From Octopus vulgaris (lineage: Eukaryota), in assembly GCA_951406725.2 (NCBI GenBank), contig OX597814.1, positions 170,810,001 through 170,874,000 of the forward strand: DNA of 64,000 nt. The letters run 5' to 3'. The position numbers and the translations under genes are program-made. This document shows, piece after piece, positions 38,875 to 51,870 of the stretch. The notes under the pieces are model-generated. The model had not been told where the DNA came from and did not search any database. It saw only the letters and a list, made by a program, of their open reading frames with translations. The number at the start of each line of letters is the position of its first letter. The stretch's first letter is position 1.

Positions 38875-39859
38875 CACATTCAATAACTTGAATTGGCTGT
38901 TATGAATACTGTGTGTGTGCACACATACACAAACATATATTTATACCAATAGAATGAATGATAAAGAAAGGTAGATATATAAAGAGAGCAACAGGTGGGT
39001 AAAAAAAGGGAAAGATTTATGTACAAATTGCACTCAAAATTTTGAAAAGGATGTAAGCTAAGAAGTTAACATGATGGCTATACAAACTATTCGTAAACAA
39101 ACATCTGTCACTCCCCCAATAAATATGCACATTTGTTTTCAAATAAGTGTGTCTTGTTATCAGTAACTTGTCTTTGTATCTATGTCGTGTTTGTAATGTT
39201 ACATGCAAGTTGCATGTTCTGTTTAGTTTCTTTGTCAACTAGCAATGATTAAAACTTTCTTTAATGTTTTAATATAATAAAAGAAAAAAAAGAAAATTAA
39301 TGCCTTGATATAATAAAGAACAAAATTCTTCAATTTTGGGAATATTTGGGCCAAGAAATGCTTTGAAAAGTGTGTAAGAGTATAATGGTTGTTCTTTCAT
39401 TGCCACTTTCGACACACACACATACTTGCACTAATAAATATAGAACTTCTGAAATGGAGTAAATTCAGTGTTGCTTTGCTCTATAATGTTAACACATCTG
39501 TCATGTTCACAGAAGATGTGGGTTCGAGTCCCATGAGTATCCTTCATCTTTCTTTCCACTCAAAGGGTTTTTTTTTAAATCCAATATTCTTCAAGTGAAT
39601 ATTTGTAACTTTATTTCGGAGCTTAACTGTTAAAAATCACACACACATACACGCTTAACCGGCTGTATTTATTCAAACAGTTAAATAAGGAAGTCAAGGT
39701 GAACTTTGCACTAAATATCTTAGCTCTCAATAAAACACCCGAGTTCCTCAATCAGCAAGTGTTGCACAGTTTTAAAATAATGACCTCAATTCAAAAACAG
39801 ATCACACGCACAAATTCTCCACATACACACAACAGGCTGCTGGTTGACAAAGTAGCCAA

Positions 39860-40116
39860 AGTGCCAAACAGTTAAGTTACAGGGACATAAACACATCAAA
39901 ACCAATTGTCAATTGATGTTGGTGTGTGGGTGGGGGGCACAGAGACACAAACATACACACACACACATATATATATACATACATACATACACACATACAA
40001 GAAGGGCTTCTTTCAGTTTCCGTCTACCAAATCCACCCACAAAGCTATAGTAGAAGACACTTGCCCAAGGTGCCACGCAGTGGGACTGAACCTGGAACCA
40101 CACAGCCACTCCTGCA

Positions 40117-40118
<2 letters not shown>
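39860..40118 (-). mobile_element. SINE family A with internal deletions
   Basis: Matches 11200-11450. Confidence 0.8.
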
Positions 40119-40164
<46 letters not shown>

Positions 40165-40166
<2 letters not shown>

Positions 40167-40299
40167 AATAAAAAATGGAGTCAATGCAGGTTTAAACAAG
40201 TATTTTTTCTTTCTACATATGTTTCAAAAATTCCACTGCCCTGGTAACTATTCATTCATTTATCCGTGTTAATTGTTAACAAGGTAAAATACACTCATC

Positions 40300-40300
<1 letters not shown>
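40165..40300 (-). mobile_element. Short insert between (TA)n runs carrying a 5'-clipped hammerhead-like motif
   Basis: Minus strand (a)GATGA-g...GAAA-catatg-TA-gaaag with palindromic ACATATGT helix III. Confidence 0.45.
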
Positions 40301-40339
<39 letters not shown>

Positions 40340-40539
40340 TATATACATATATATACATCATTGTTTAACGTCTGCTTTCTATGCTAGCATGGGTTGGACA
40401 ACTTGACTGAGAACTGGGGAACCAGATAGCTGTACCAGGCTTCAATCTGATCAGAGTTTCTACAGTTGGATGCTCTTTGTAATGCCAACCCTCCAAGAGT
40501 GTAGTGGGTGCCACCAGCACAAGGGCCAGTCAGGCCGTG

Positions 40540-40818
40540 CTGGCTTCAGGGGACCACAGCTCTTCAATATCCTCCTGAAGGACCTGAGAGACCTGTATGG
40601 GGTGGATGTAGGTCTCTTCAAAATGAAACTGGACCTCTTACTGTCATGTGTCCCAGATGAACCAACTTCACAGCAGGAGGTGCAGATGAGGACAGCAGCA
40701 AACTCCCTCATGCACCAAATGTTAATTTCTAAAAAGAATTAGTGAAGTAAAATTATGTAGCAACACCAAATGGTGGTGCCCTATCAGCTCATGAGCTGAA
40801 ACTATATCAAATCAAATC
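40540..40818 (+). mobile_element. CR1-group LINE 3' fragment, abutting an RTE-tail repeat (40357-40535, minus)
   Basis: Encodes GFRGPQLFNILLKDLRDLYGVDVGLFKMKLDLLLSCVPDEP...AANSL; ends in (TCAAA)n. Confidence 0.7.
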
Positions 40819-40850
40819 ATATATACACACACACATATATACATACAAAC

Positions 40851-40903
<53 letters not shown>

Positions 40904-41080
40904 CATACACACACACACATATATACATATATATATATATGCAAACATACGTATATGTATACATACACACACACATATATACATATATATATACATACAT
41001 ACTCTATATATACATACATACATACATACATACTCTATATATACATACATACATACTCAAATATATATATACATACATAC

Positions 41081-41170
<90 letters not shown>

Positions 41171-41320
41171 GTATGTATACACACAGCGAGAGAAAGATGT
41201 TTGCAAATGCATGTACATATGTTTATAGACACATGCATACACAGAAAAACACACACACATGCATACACATATGTATCACACACACACACACACACACATA
41301 CACACACACACACACACAAC
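40815..41320. repeat. Compound (TA)/(CA)/(GA) microsatellite field
   Basis: Seen directly. Confidence 0.95.
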
Positions 41321-41820
41321 CTTACAAAATTTCTTCTTTTTTTAGAAACTTGTCATCAAATTATTAATTACTTAAGAACTGAAAATAAATGCAAAATTTA
41401 ATATTGATTACTTTTCAATTCAGAATGGAGAGAAAAGGTGGAAAAGATGAAGAAACAATATAAAATAATATAATAATGGAATGTGATATAGTATTAATAT
41501 AAACATAGTATAAAAATATATTGTTTAAATCAGTGAAAGAATATTCAAAAAAGATAATTGGTTTTCTTTCTAATTTTCTCTCTAATTTTAAGTTTTGCTT
41601 TATTGATCCAAATCTAAGCATGATTTAAATTGCTACCAGGATAATCTTAGAAATGTGTGTTTGGTAAACTGGAGGAAAATAATCTTAATCCAGAGGTTTA
41701 CTGCTATCTCTTGTGAATATTGCTGTAAAAATATCCTGCACAATCCAGGTGTTTGCTATGATAGAAGGAGGAGAGAGAGAGAGAAAGAAAAAGAGATAGA
41801 GAGAGTGAGGGATAAAATGC

Positions 41821-41822
<2 letters not shown>

Positions 41823-41891
<69 letters not shown>
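41823..41891. repeat. (AG)n microsatellite
   Basis: Seen directly. Confidence 0.95.
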
Positions 41892-41894
<3 letters not shown>

Positions 41895-42211
41895 GAATGT
41901 TATGCTAAAGTGAGTAAACCAACATAGTGGAAGAACAGCAGAGACAGCTTATAGAAAGAAGCAAGATGGTGTTGGTGGCAATAATGATAGTATGCTGCCA
42001 CTGCTGCTGCTGCTGCTTCTGGTAAAGGTGGTTGTGGAAGTGGCCCTGTAGTGGTGATGGAGATGGAGATGGTAGGGAAGAGAGAGAGAGAGATCAGGAA
42101 AGATGTGAAGCTGACTAAGGGAATATGACAACTGTGCCAACACCACTATCAAGCTACTGTGGCTTCAGACTTGTTTTGTGTATTGAAACACACCACACTG
42201 CTGACACACAC

Positions 42212-42213
<2 letters not shown>

Positions 42214-42309
<96 letters not shown>

Positions 42310-42320
42310 AAGAGAGAGAG
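42214..42320. repeat. (AG)n microsatellite
   Basis: Seen directly. Confidence 0.95.
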
Positions 42321-43766
42321 ACAGGCAGACAGAGAGTGATATGAGGAAAAAGGTTGGAAGGGGGACAGCTAACAAGGGAGACAGTCACAGAGGCACATAC
42401 ATATCTGGTTGACATAAATAGTTCTCACACTTCAGTGATGTTTGCTTGCTCTAGCCAAAACTATCAACCACACAGACAAGCAAAGTCTATGGTGATGATA
42501 TTTTAACTGCAAAAGCAAGAAGATGCAAATATATGTGATTAGCTTAAAAACGGAATAATTAATAAAACACAAAGACAAATATTAACAACGGTAAAAGGCA
42601 AGGAAGGAGAAACCGATTCATAAAATATAAATAAACAGGGAATAAAATATAATAGGAATTTATAATAAATAATATAAAACTCAGCAATGAATGTCTAATA
42701 AATGGCACCCTGTAATAGCCTGTGAAGCATTTGCTTATAACTTGAAGGGAAATCAACTGAGAGAGATATAACAGAGGAGACTTTGGTATTTAACCTTTTG
42801 TTCAACATCAGGTTGAGAACTTACAAGGTCACAACAGCCTGTCCACTGATGAAGCAATTGGACAGACCAGGGAGGAAGGGAATGAGTGAGTGAGTGAATG
42901 AGTGAGGGAGGGAGGAAGGGTGGTAGTGAGTGAATGGGCAACCAATGGGGTATATTGGGTGGATAGGTAGGGTCATGTTGAAGGGTTTCTCTTAGTTATA
43001 ATTACATTATAGGAGGAATAATCTATAGAAACTGCCTGTTTTTAATAACAAATGCACAACATATTCAGAATTTGGATGGGGATAGATAATCTAATAACTT
43101 CGATAAAGTGACTGTGTGTGTGTGCATACACATGTATGCAGGAGGTTATTAAGTTCATTTCGCAAAAGGCATGTTTCCAGGTTTGATCTCACTGCAGGGG
43201 TACGCTGACCAAATGTCTTCTCGCCATGTGTGATGTGTGTGTGCACACGCATGGTTAAGGTGGTTAAGGTGCTTGCTGTGCAACCATGTGGTTTGGGGCT
43301 CAGTCCCATTGCATGACCCCTCGGGCCAACGTGTGCCTCATGAGTGAATTTGGTAGGAAGAAACTGTAAAAACATGTCATATAAAGGTGTGTGTGTGTGT
43401 ATGTGTGTTTGTACCTCCACACTACTTGACAACTGGTGTTGGTTTGTTTACGTCCTTTAAGTACTGGGTCAATTTGTTTGATTAAACTCATCATGGCTGC
43501 AGTCCAAAGGCTGAAGCAAGTAAAAGGTAAAAGATATAAGTATGTTTGGGTATGTCTATCGGCTGGAGATGTATGCACATCAGTGGGAAAACTGGGGACA
43601 GGACAATGTTTTTTGAATGAAGACCCTTCTGGTACATTTTTATTGACCGTGAAAGGATGAAAGGCAAAATCTGCCTCAGCAGAATTTGAACTCAGCACGT
43701 AATGACAGATGAACTGCGGCTTAACATTTTGCCTGGCATAGTAATGATTCTGCCAGCTTGCCACAA

Positions 43767-43797
<31 letters not shown>

Positions 43798-44067
43798 TAA
43801 TAGTTTCAAATTTTGGTACAAGGCCAGCAGTTTTTCAGGGGAGTGGGTAAGGATGAAAGGCAAAGTCGATCTCGGCAGAATTTGAACTCGGAACCTGAAG
43901 ACAGATGAAATGCTGCTATTGACTTTAAAAATATATAAAAAAACATTTACCTATATCCAACAATGTTTCATGCAAACTATACTACTTAAATATGTGTCTA
44001 CAACAGATTATGTTGATTTTGTGTAAGCATTACCTATGTAGTCCAGAACAAAATAATATAAATTAGT

Positions 44068-44297
44068 CTGAGCTGGCAGAATCGTTAGCACGCCGGGCAA
44101 AATGCTTAGCAGTATTTCGTCTGCCACTACGTTCAGAGTTCAAATTCAGCTGGGGTCGACTTTGCTTTTCATCCTTTCAGGGTCGATTAAATAAGTACCA
44201 GTTGTGCACTGGGGTCGATATAATTGACTTAATCCGTTTGTCTGTCCTTGTTTGTCCCCTCTGTGTTTAGCCCCTTGTGGGTAGTAAAGAAATAGGT
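44068..44297 (+). mobile_element. SINE family B
   Basis: Near-identical to 33958-34190. Confidence 0.85.
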
Positions 44298-45002
44298 TAA
44301 CTAAGTTTTAGGTGATATTAGCCATTTCTGTAGGTAGTGGCTGTGCAGAAAGTTGAATCAGAGTTGTGGCATTTATGCCTTTCTCCAATGACGATATCAT
44401 TGAGAGAAATCATATGAAAATATCTTAACTTAAGCATCAAAAGTTTTCAGAGTTTGTCAGAGTAAGTGGAGAAGATGCAAAGACAGAAACAGAAGAGGAG
44501 AGAGAGAGAAACGATAAAGAAAATACAGGCCTATAGATAGGCTTAGAGTGATAGAGAAAGGAGGGGGGAGCAGAGAGATATGAGTAAAAAGAGGAGGAGG
44601 AGAGAGATAAAGAGAACACAGTAGATTAAAAAGACAAAGCTACAATAAATATAAAAGGCTTTTGTTAAGTAATGCAATTTAATGATAATGCAAGATGACC
44701 TTGGGAAATATGTTCAGTTTAGAGATATTGATATAAATCATGATTCTTAAGAGATATATATCTTTGAAAGAGACCTAACAGAAAGCTATGGCAAACTTCA
44801 TTCCTCCATTATAAAGGATTTTTGCAGGGTAAAAAAAAAAAAAAAAAAAAAAGAAACAAAAGAGAAACAAAAAACAAAACAAAACAAAACACAACAAACA
44901 AATGTGCTAGTTTAATTATATATTTGAGATAACAACAAAAATGAAAAATAGAGGAAATCTCTGGTGTATGTGTGCATATATATATATGCATGTGGGTGTG
45001 TA

Positions 45003-45048
<46 letters not shown>

Positions 45049-45192
45049 GATACATATAGCTTCATACATGTGTGTGTGTGTGTGTGTATATATGCTGTGT
45101 ATGTATACGTATATATGTAAGGGTATATGCGGGTTTACTATTAATTTATGTAATAATATGTAATCTGAGGAAATAAGTATTTTGACACATAC

Positions 45193-45890
45193 AAGATAAA
45201 CAGATAGCAGGATTTTTTTTTTTGTGTTTTTTAATAATGAGGCACAATGCCAAGACTAAGCTTGTTAACAGAAAAAGTCTTTATGTTGTTTATTCGTTAT
45301 GGTTCAATTAACAGAAAAAAGATATACCAACAAACCATACAAAATGCTTTAGATTCACATTATTAACACACGGGAAGGTTTTATAGAAAGGGAAAATAAA
45401 CACTTGATCCAATTGATGTAATGTAAACAATATTTTTGTTTGTTTTTTATTTCCATATGAAATGGAAATAAGAAAAGATTTATATTAAAACACACACACA
45501 CACACAAACAAACAAACATACACATAAGCCAGAATGATGAAAGAAAGAGAAAGTAAGTAATCTATTTAGAAAAGCAATTATATTGTTGAAATTGAAGGTG
45601 TAATTTATATGAGATGATATATAATAGCAATTTTAATATGCATTAATAGGTCCACCGTTGCAGCATGTAGAAGATGATGATGGCGGGGGTTCTTGTAATA
45701 GATGTGCAACATCAAATTTATATGTCATAGTGATCATGTGTACTTAGAAAAGGATGTAAGCATAAGGAGTAAGATAAGGTAAATGAGTAGTGGTAAGATG
45801 GTTTGGGTTGGTTGAGTGGAGAGGAAGAGACACGAAAGAAATAGATGATTTCTATGATATATCTAAGGTAGAACATTACCATTCTGGGAC
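45193..45890. repeat. Diverged non-coding duplicated block, copy 2 (with a CA expansion)
   Basis: Colinear with 23182-23815, same orientation. Confidence 0.85.
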
Positions 45891-46408
45891 AAAGAGAGAT
45901 TAAGTTAACTAATAAATGCAAGAAAACCAAAACAAATCTAGATTCAGAATGAGATACTTTATTGTGTGTGTGTGTGTGTGTGTGCCCCCCCCTCTCTGTT
46001 TGTGTCCTTGTCTTAATATCATGTGATGATTGCAAATGCACATGACCATTGTACAAGTCTTCCATGAAAGAACATGTTTGGCCATGGGGAAATACTACCG
46101 TGCTTGGAAATGTTTGAGAGTTGAGGAAAGGAGGGGCATCTGGCAGTAGGAGATTTGCTTCGACAAATTTTGCTTGACTTATGCAAGCAAGGAAAAGGGA
46201 ACATCAAGATGGTGATAGATGAGTGAATGAATGGGTGTGTTGGTGACATGTCATTTCTGAAATGAAATGTGGAATTTTAAAATTTACTCCTTTACAATTT
46301 ATTATGCTGGTACTATACGCAATAAGAGTTTATAGCTGGGGTTACTAGTTGAAAATGTTAATATGAAAATAAAAATGGCATGTTTGCTTTCTGCTCAATG
46401 CAATACCT

Positions 46409-46777
46409 ATTTCTTTACTACCCACAAGGGGCTAAACACAGAGAGGACAAACGGATTAGGTTGATTAAATCGACCCCAGTGCGTAACTGGTACTTAATTT
46501 ATCAATTCTGAAAGGATGAAAGGCAAAGTCGACCCTGGCGGAATTTGAACTTTTTATTACTCACAAGGGGCTAAACATAGAGAGGACAAACAAAGACAGA
46601 CATAGGTATTAAGTCGATTACATCGACCCCAGTGCGTAACTGGTACTTAATTTATTGACCCCGAAAGGATGAAAGGCAAAGTCGACCCTGGCGGAATTTG
46701 AACTCAGAACGTAACGGCAGACGAAATACCGCTAAGCATTTCGTCCGGCTTGCTAATGTTTCTGCCAGCTCACTGCC
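46409..46777 (-). mobile_element. Tandem partial plus full SINE family B inside one 21-bp direct repeat
   Basis: tttctgctcaatgcaatacct at 46388-46408 and 46787-46807. Confidence 0.8.
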
Positions 46778-47995
46778 TCAATGCAATTTCTGCTCAATGC
46801 AATACCTGTGGACTAACAACCAAAATGGGAGCTTTACACAGTCACTTGACCTGCTGAATAGCCATGGTTGGAATGCCTTTCATTGAGCATGGTGTACAGG
46901 ATTAAGATTGGCTAGGGCAAAAAAGACAAGAACTACAATTACAGAGGAACATCTATGTATGGTTAGTCACACAACAAGCTACAATTAACAGTTAAATCAG
47001 CATCAGATAACACCTTACCATCTATATAAGGAAAGAAACATAGGATAATGCTTAAGTTTTAGATACAATATACCTGAAGATCAGGGAAAAACCTGGGACT
47101 AAAGAACAACCACTATTACACAAATAAATTAAAGAAATCTACAAGACACTGAGGGAATCTAAGCCACAAAGACAGCCTCTATGCAAACAACTGACCAGCT
47201 GGAAAAAACAGCTAAATCTCCCCCAAATTACACCCTACCACCTTAAAAGGAGGAAAATAAATTGATTTAAGTGGTCATTGATGCACATGTTCTAATAAAA
47301 GATGAGATGATCACAACCAAGATACATCCGATTACAGTTGTTGGAGGTTACAAAAGAAGCCAAAGTATTTGCTGGTTGACAGATTGATCGACAAAGGGCT
47401 ACTTTTTATTTGCAATATTTACCTTTGCTATAGCTATAGAGTAGATTACAACAAATTTATATCTAATCTCACACATAGTCCCAGATGCAATACAGGTAAT
47501 CCTCGCTTAAAAATTGACAAAGAAAATAGAACCTGGTAAAGTTAATACATAAACAAACAGCTGATCCTGATGATAAAAGAGTAGATTTAACTTCATTTAT
47601 TTTTTAAATAGTCTCACTCGTTGGACGGTGGCCATGCTGGAGCATTTTTAGCCACATTATTCAACCCTATACTTATACTTTTAAGTCTGGTACTTCGGTT
47701 TTGTGTGGCAAAGCACTAAGTTATGGTGTCATAAAGAAACCAACACTGGTTGCTAAGCAGTGGGATGGAGGGGAGGGGAACAAATAAATGTATGACTGGC
47801 TTCCAAACAACTTCTGTCTAAGAAATTCCTTCACAAGGTATTGAGACTGAACTACATGGTTGCAAAGGGAACTTCTTAACCACACAGTCATACCTGTACA
47901 CACACACACAACCTTCAAAGCACTGGTTGTTAAGGTAGAAAATAGTAGGAATGAACTCAGGATCATGATTTCAAACCAAACTTCTAAGCTCACAG

Positions 47996-48184
47996 TCAAG
48001 GCTGATCTGGAACCCAACCTAGGCCCCCGTATCTACGGCGTTCGCCGCTGGAATAAGGAGTGGTTGGAGATCACGCGGTCGTTAGCCTCAAATCGCCAGG
48101 CCTGGTCAGCGTTTGTGAGAGATGCAGCGCTGAAGATGAATGAAGCCAGCTCAACCCACCCCGGGTGAATGCTGTCAAGTCAAG
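47996..48184 (+). mobile_element. RTE LINE 3' fragment (different family) with (GTCAA)n tail, inserted in a SINE
   Basis: Encodes VKADLEPNLGPRIYGVRRWNKEWLEITRSLASNRQAWSAFVRDA...SSTHPG*; tcacag direct repeats at 47990 and 48185. Confidence 0.7.
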
Positions 48185-48637
48185 TCACAGCCATACCTGT
48201 ACAAATATCACAGTCTTTAATTACCAAAAAAACAGCAGTGAAAGTAAAGTGGTAAAGTCTTTGGATCACAAATCATATACTTGATGAAAGCAAGGTCGCA
48301 CAAGTATGTGTGTGTGTGTGTGTGGGTGTGCTTGCATCCCAGAGTTAAAAATTTGCATGGGATTCCAAAGATGTATTGGGTTAGAGTTATACTTGCTATG
48401 AGTATCAGAGTTAACAGCTTTGTTACAGGAAAAACATGACGATTGAGAAGTTTAGTTGGAAAGACCTATGGAGGAATGAACTCACAACAACTCGGAACTT
48501 CTGACACAAGACATAGGTTCTTCTAGCATTATGGAATCGGTTAATGTGGGCAACAATGCAAGTTAAGGATTGTTGTCTGTCTCGATGCAAGTAAGAATTC
48601 AAGCAAAGTTCACCACCACACCACCAAACTACAAAAT

Positions 48638-48671
<34 letters not shown>

Positions 48672-49839
48672 AGCAGCTACTACTTATACTACTACTACTG
48701 CTATCCTCACCACATGCGATGCTGCTGTAGAACTGTTTTCTGTCTGTTCTTGCTAACATGGTCATTTATTCCATATGCATTCTTTTCAATCTCGTGCAAG
48801 TCCATCATCAATATTGAGATGAAGGTAGAAAGGAAAAGATGGAAAAAGTGACACTGATTGAGGAGTGAGTGTATGAGAGAGAGAGAGAGAGAGAGGGATA
48901 AAGAAAGGAGGAAGGGAGTGATGAGGGGGTGGTGATAGACTGAAGGATATTAATAATGGCTGGCTAGCTATAGCTTGCTCAGTAAAAACCTTAGAGTGAA
49001 CAGATTTAATTGTGTCTCCAACTTGAGGTTGGATTATAGATATACATATATAATTTTAATTAATCAAACGAAAAACTCCCATGAAAATATAAAAATATCT
49101 CAGTAAAAGCAATGAAGGTGAAAAAAGAATATAAACATGAATAAACAGCAAATAACGATAAGAACAACAACAATAATAATAATTTGTGTAATTTAAAAAT
49201 TGACATTTTTCCAATTTAACAATTCATTACATAAAGTGAAGCTAAAAAATGGCTAAAAAAAAACAAAAAATAAAAAAAAAAAAATAAAGCTGAAAACCCA
49301 GACAAAATAGGTTTATTTGAAAGGATGTGTGATATATAATAACAACAATCAATCTCAGTGGAGTATCTCAGAAAAATCTCTCTCCTATGGTAAAAAGGAG
49401 ACGAGGAAGCGTGTGAAATAAACCTGAATACAACAATAACAACAAAGACAATACAGTATGTTTATTGTATACAGGCTTTTGTTTCAGAAAAGCAACTGAA
49501 AATTTAAACAAAAGCCATGAAGAATAAATCACAAACTTGTGAGACACTTGTAATTAAATTTATAATTAGAACACAATCTCACTACTTTACTCCTCATGAT
49601 CGACATCTCATGTATGTAATTTGCCTGGTGACCAGAGTTTGCTTTGTTAGTTCCTCTCTCCCTTATGCATTCCATTTCTATAGAAATTCATGTGCCATGG
49701 AATTCTTAAAAAGAAGAGAAAAGAGGCAAGCGAGTGGGGGGGGAGCAACAGTAGAAGTGAGTAAATCTAGGAGAGGTGCTTGCTTTTTTTCTAACTGTTC
49801 TGCCCATATACCCTTTCTTAATTCAAACATGAAATTCTT

Positions 49840-49975
49840 ATTGGCTGTGTGGTAAGATGTTTGCTTCTAACCCCAATAGTCTTGGGCTCCATTGCCTGTG
49901 ACTCCTACTATAGCCCCAGGCTAACCAAAGCCTTGTGAGTGGATTTGGTAGACGGAAACTAAAAGAAGCTTGTTG
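49840..49975 (+). mobile_element. SINE family A, 5' part
   Basis: tggctgtgtggtaag...ctactatagcc...ccaaagccttgtgagtggatttggtagacggaaact. Confidence 0.75.
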
Positions 49976-50039
49976 CATGCACATGCACATGTGTGTGTGT
50001 GTGTGTGTGTGTGTAAAATGCTTGGCATACACACACACA

Positions 50040-50393
50040 TTCTTTTATTCTTTTACTTGTTTCAGTCATTTTGACTGTGGCCATGCTGGAGCACCACCTT
50101 TAGTTGAGCAAATCGACCCCAGGACTTATCCTTTGTAAGCCTAGTACTTATTGTATTGGTCTTTTTTGCCAAACCGCTAAGTTACAGGGACGTGAATGCA
50201 CCAGCATTGGTTGTCAAGCGATGATGTGGTGGGGGGAACAAACACAGACACACACACATATACACGACAGGCTTCTTACAGTTTCCATCTACCAAATCCA
50301 CTTACAAGGCTTTGATCGGTTCGAGGCTATAGTAGACACTTGCTGAAGGTGCAACACAGTGGAACTAAATCCGGAACCATGTGGTTGGTAAGT
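50040..50393 (-). mobile_element. SINE family A
   Basis: Matches 3307-3692. Confidence 0.85.
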
Positions 50394-51697
50394 ATTTTAA
50401 ACATTGTCTAAGCATTTTAAATATAGCAAAGTGTATGCTCCTCCAGATCTGAACACAGCTGACTTTTTACTAAAGAGAGAAAGGATTGAACCACAGTACG
50501 GAACTGGTATTTTATTTATCAACACTGAAATAATGAAAAGCAAAGTCAATGTTGGTGGGATTTTCAACTCCTGTCACAAAGAACCAAAAGGAATACCACA
50601 AGGCATTTTACCCAATGTCAGCTTCTTGAGAATTATCCTATATAAGATTAATTTGTACGGAAAGATATTAGTGATCAGACAGTCTACTCTTGAAGAGGAA
50701 TAAAAATTATAATGAACCCTTAAACATGTTTAAGTCATCATAAAATTTATCTTGAAGACATAACTAATATATTTTTTTTTCCTCCAGTCGCACAAACAAT
50801 TAATTGGAAGATAATATATGAACCTACACGCTATGCTTTTTCCATCTTCCCTATCCTTTCCCTATTTCACCCTTCAAGTAACAACGAAATTAAAATCGCG
50901 AGCACAACATCAAAATAAAGTCATAAGCAAATATTTTATTCCAAGAACAAAATGAAAAAAAAAAAAAAAAAAAAAAACCATATGTCAACATGATGATATG
51001 ATTAATCTTTCATTCTATTTAATTCCAAACAGTAAAAACTTGTTTTCTACAAAGCAATGATCCAGTAATTTCAGTCGCTGCAGTTAGCATTTAAGATGCT
51101 TAAGCAGAGCCGAGGTGTGAGTTTCCATTCTGTTGCAATACCATTAAGTTTCTCCAATACGATGATGGTGGTGGTGGTAATGATAACCAGAATGAAAACA
51201 AGGACAGTGATTTTGATAACAATAATTTTTATAATTCTTTCTAATTTTGGCACAAGACCAGCAATTTTTAGGGAAAGGGGTAAATCATTTACAATATTTG
51301 GCTGGTGCTTTTGCTTTATTTTACTGACACTGAGAGGATGGTAGGAAAAGTTAGCCTCTGTGATATTTGAACTCGGAACACAAAGCCAAAAGAAATGCTG
51401 CTAAGCATTTTGTCTAGCATATTAATGCTTCTGCCAACTTGCTGCCCGTGGCTCTAATAAAATGACGATTCTAATAATAAAAGTTGATTGTTTAAAACTA
51501 AGCATCTTGAGTTTTTCATCTAAGAGCAACCATAAACAGAATAGCCAAAGGGCTGGAGTAACCACTTCTTGAAAAACCTAAAACCAAATAACACAGAAAC
51601 TGTAAGAGTGCATTTTATTTTTTGAGATGTTTTTCTTGATTTCTTTACACAGGTACATGGATGAAAGGGTGGAGGAACTCACAAGAACCAATAATGT

Positions 51698-51870
51698 GTG
51701 AAGGCATGTGGCCTAATGGTTATAATGTTGCACTCATGGTTTTACATGCAAGACCATGGTTTCAATTTTCTAACAAGCTGTGCATTGTGTTCTTGAGCAA
51801 GACACTCCACTTCACATCACTTCAGTCCACTCAGCTGTAAATAGGTAACCTTGTGATGACTCGCATGCAA
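51698..51870 (+). mobile_element. Old tRNA-derived SINE (V/CORE-type body)
   Basis: gaaggcatgtggcctaatggtt...ggtttcaatt...cttgagcaagacact...cagtccactcagctgtaaat. Confidence 0.55.

Noticed and set aside
40807-42415. ORFs rich in YI, HT, ER, CV and SL dipeptides (also at 862, 4114, 10758, 30922, 35423 and 55394)
   Set aside because: Translations of dinucleotide microsatellites.
42839-42865. Hairpin ctgtcca-CTGATGA-agcaat-tggacag as a hammerhead or snoRNA
   Set aside because: No helix II or GAAA and no matching D box; only one core box is present.
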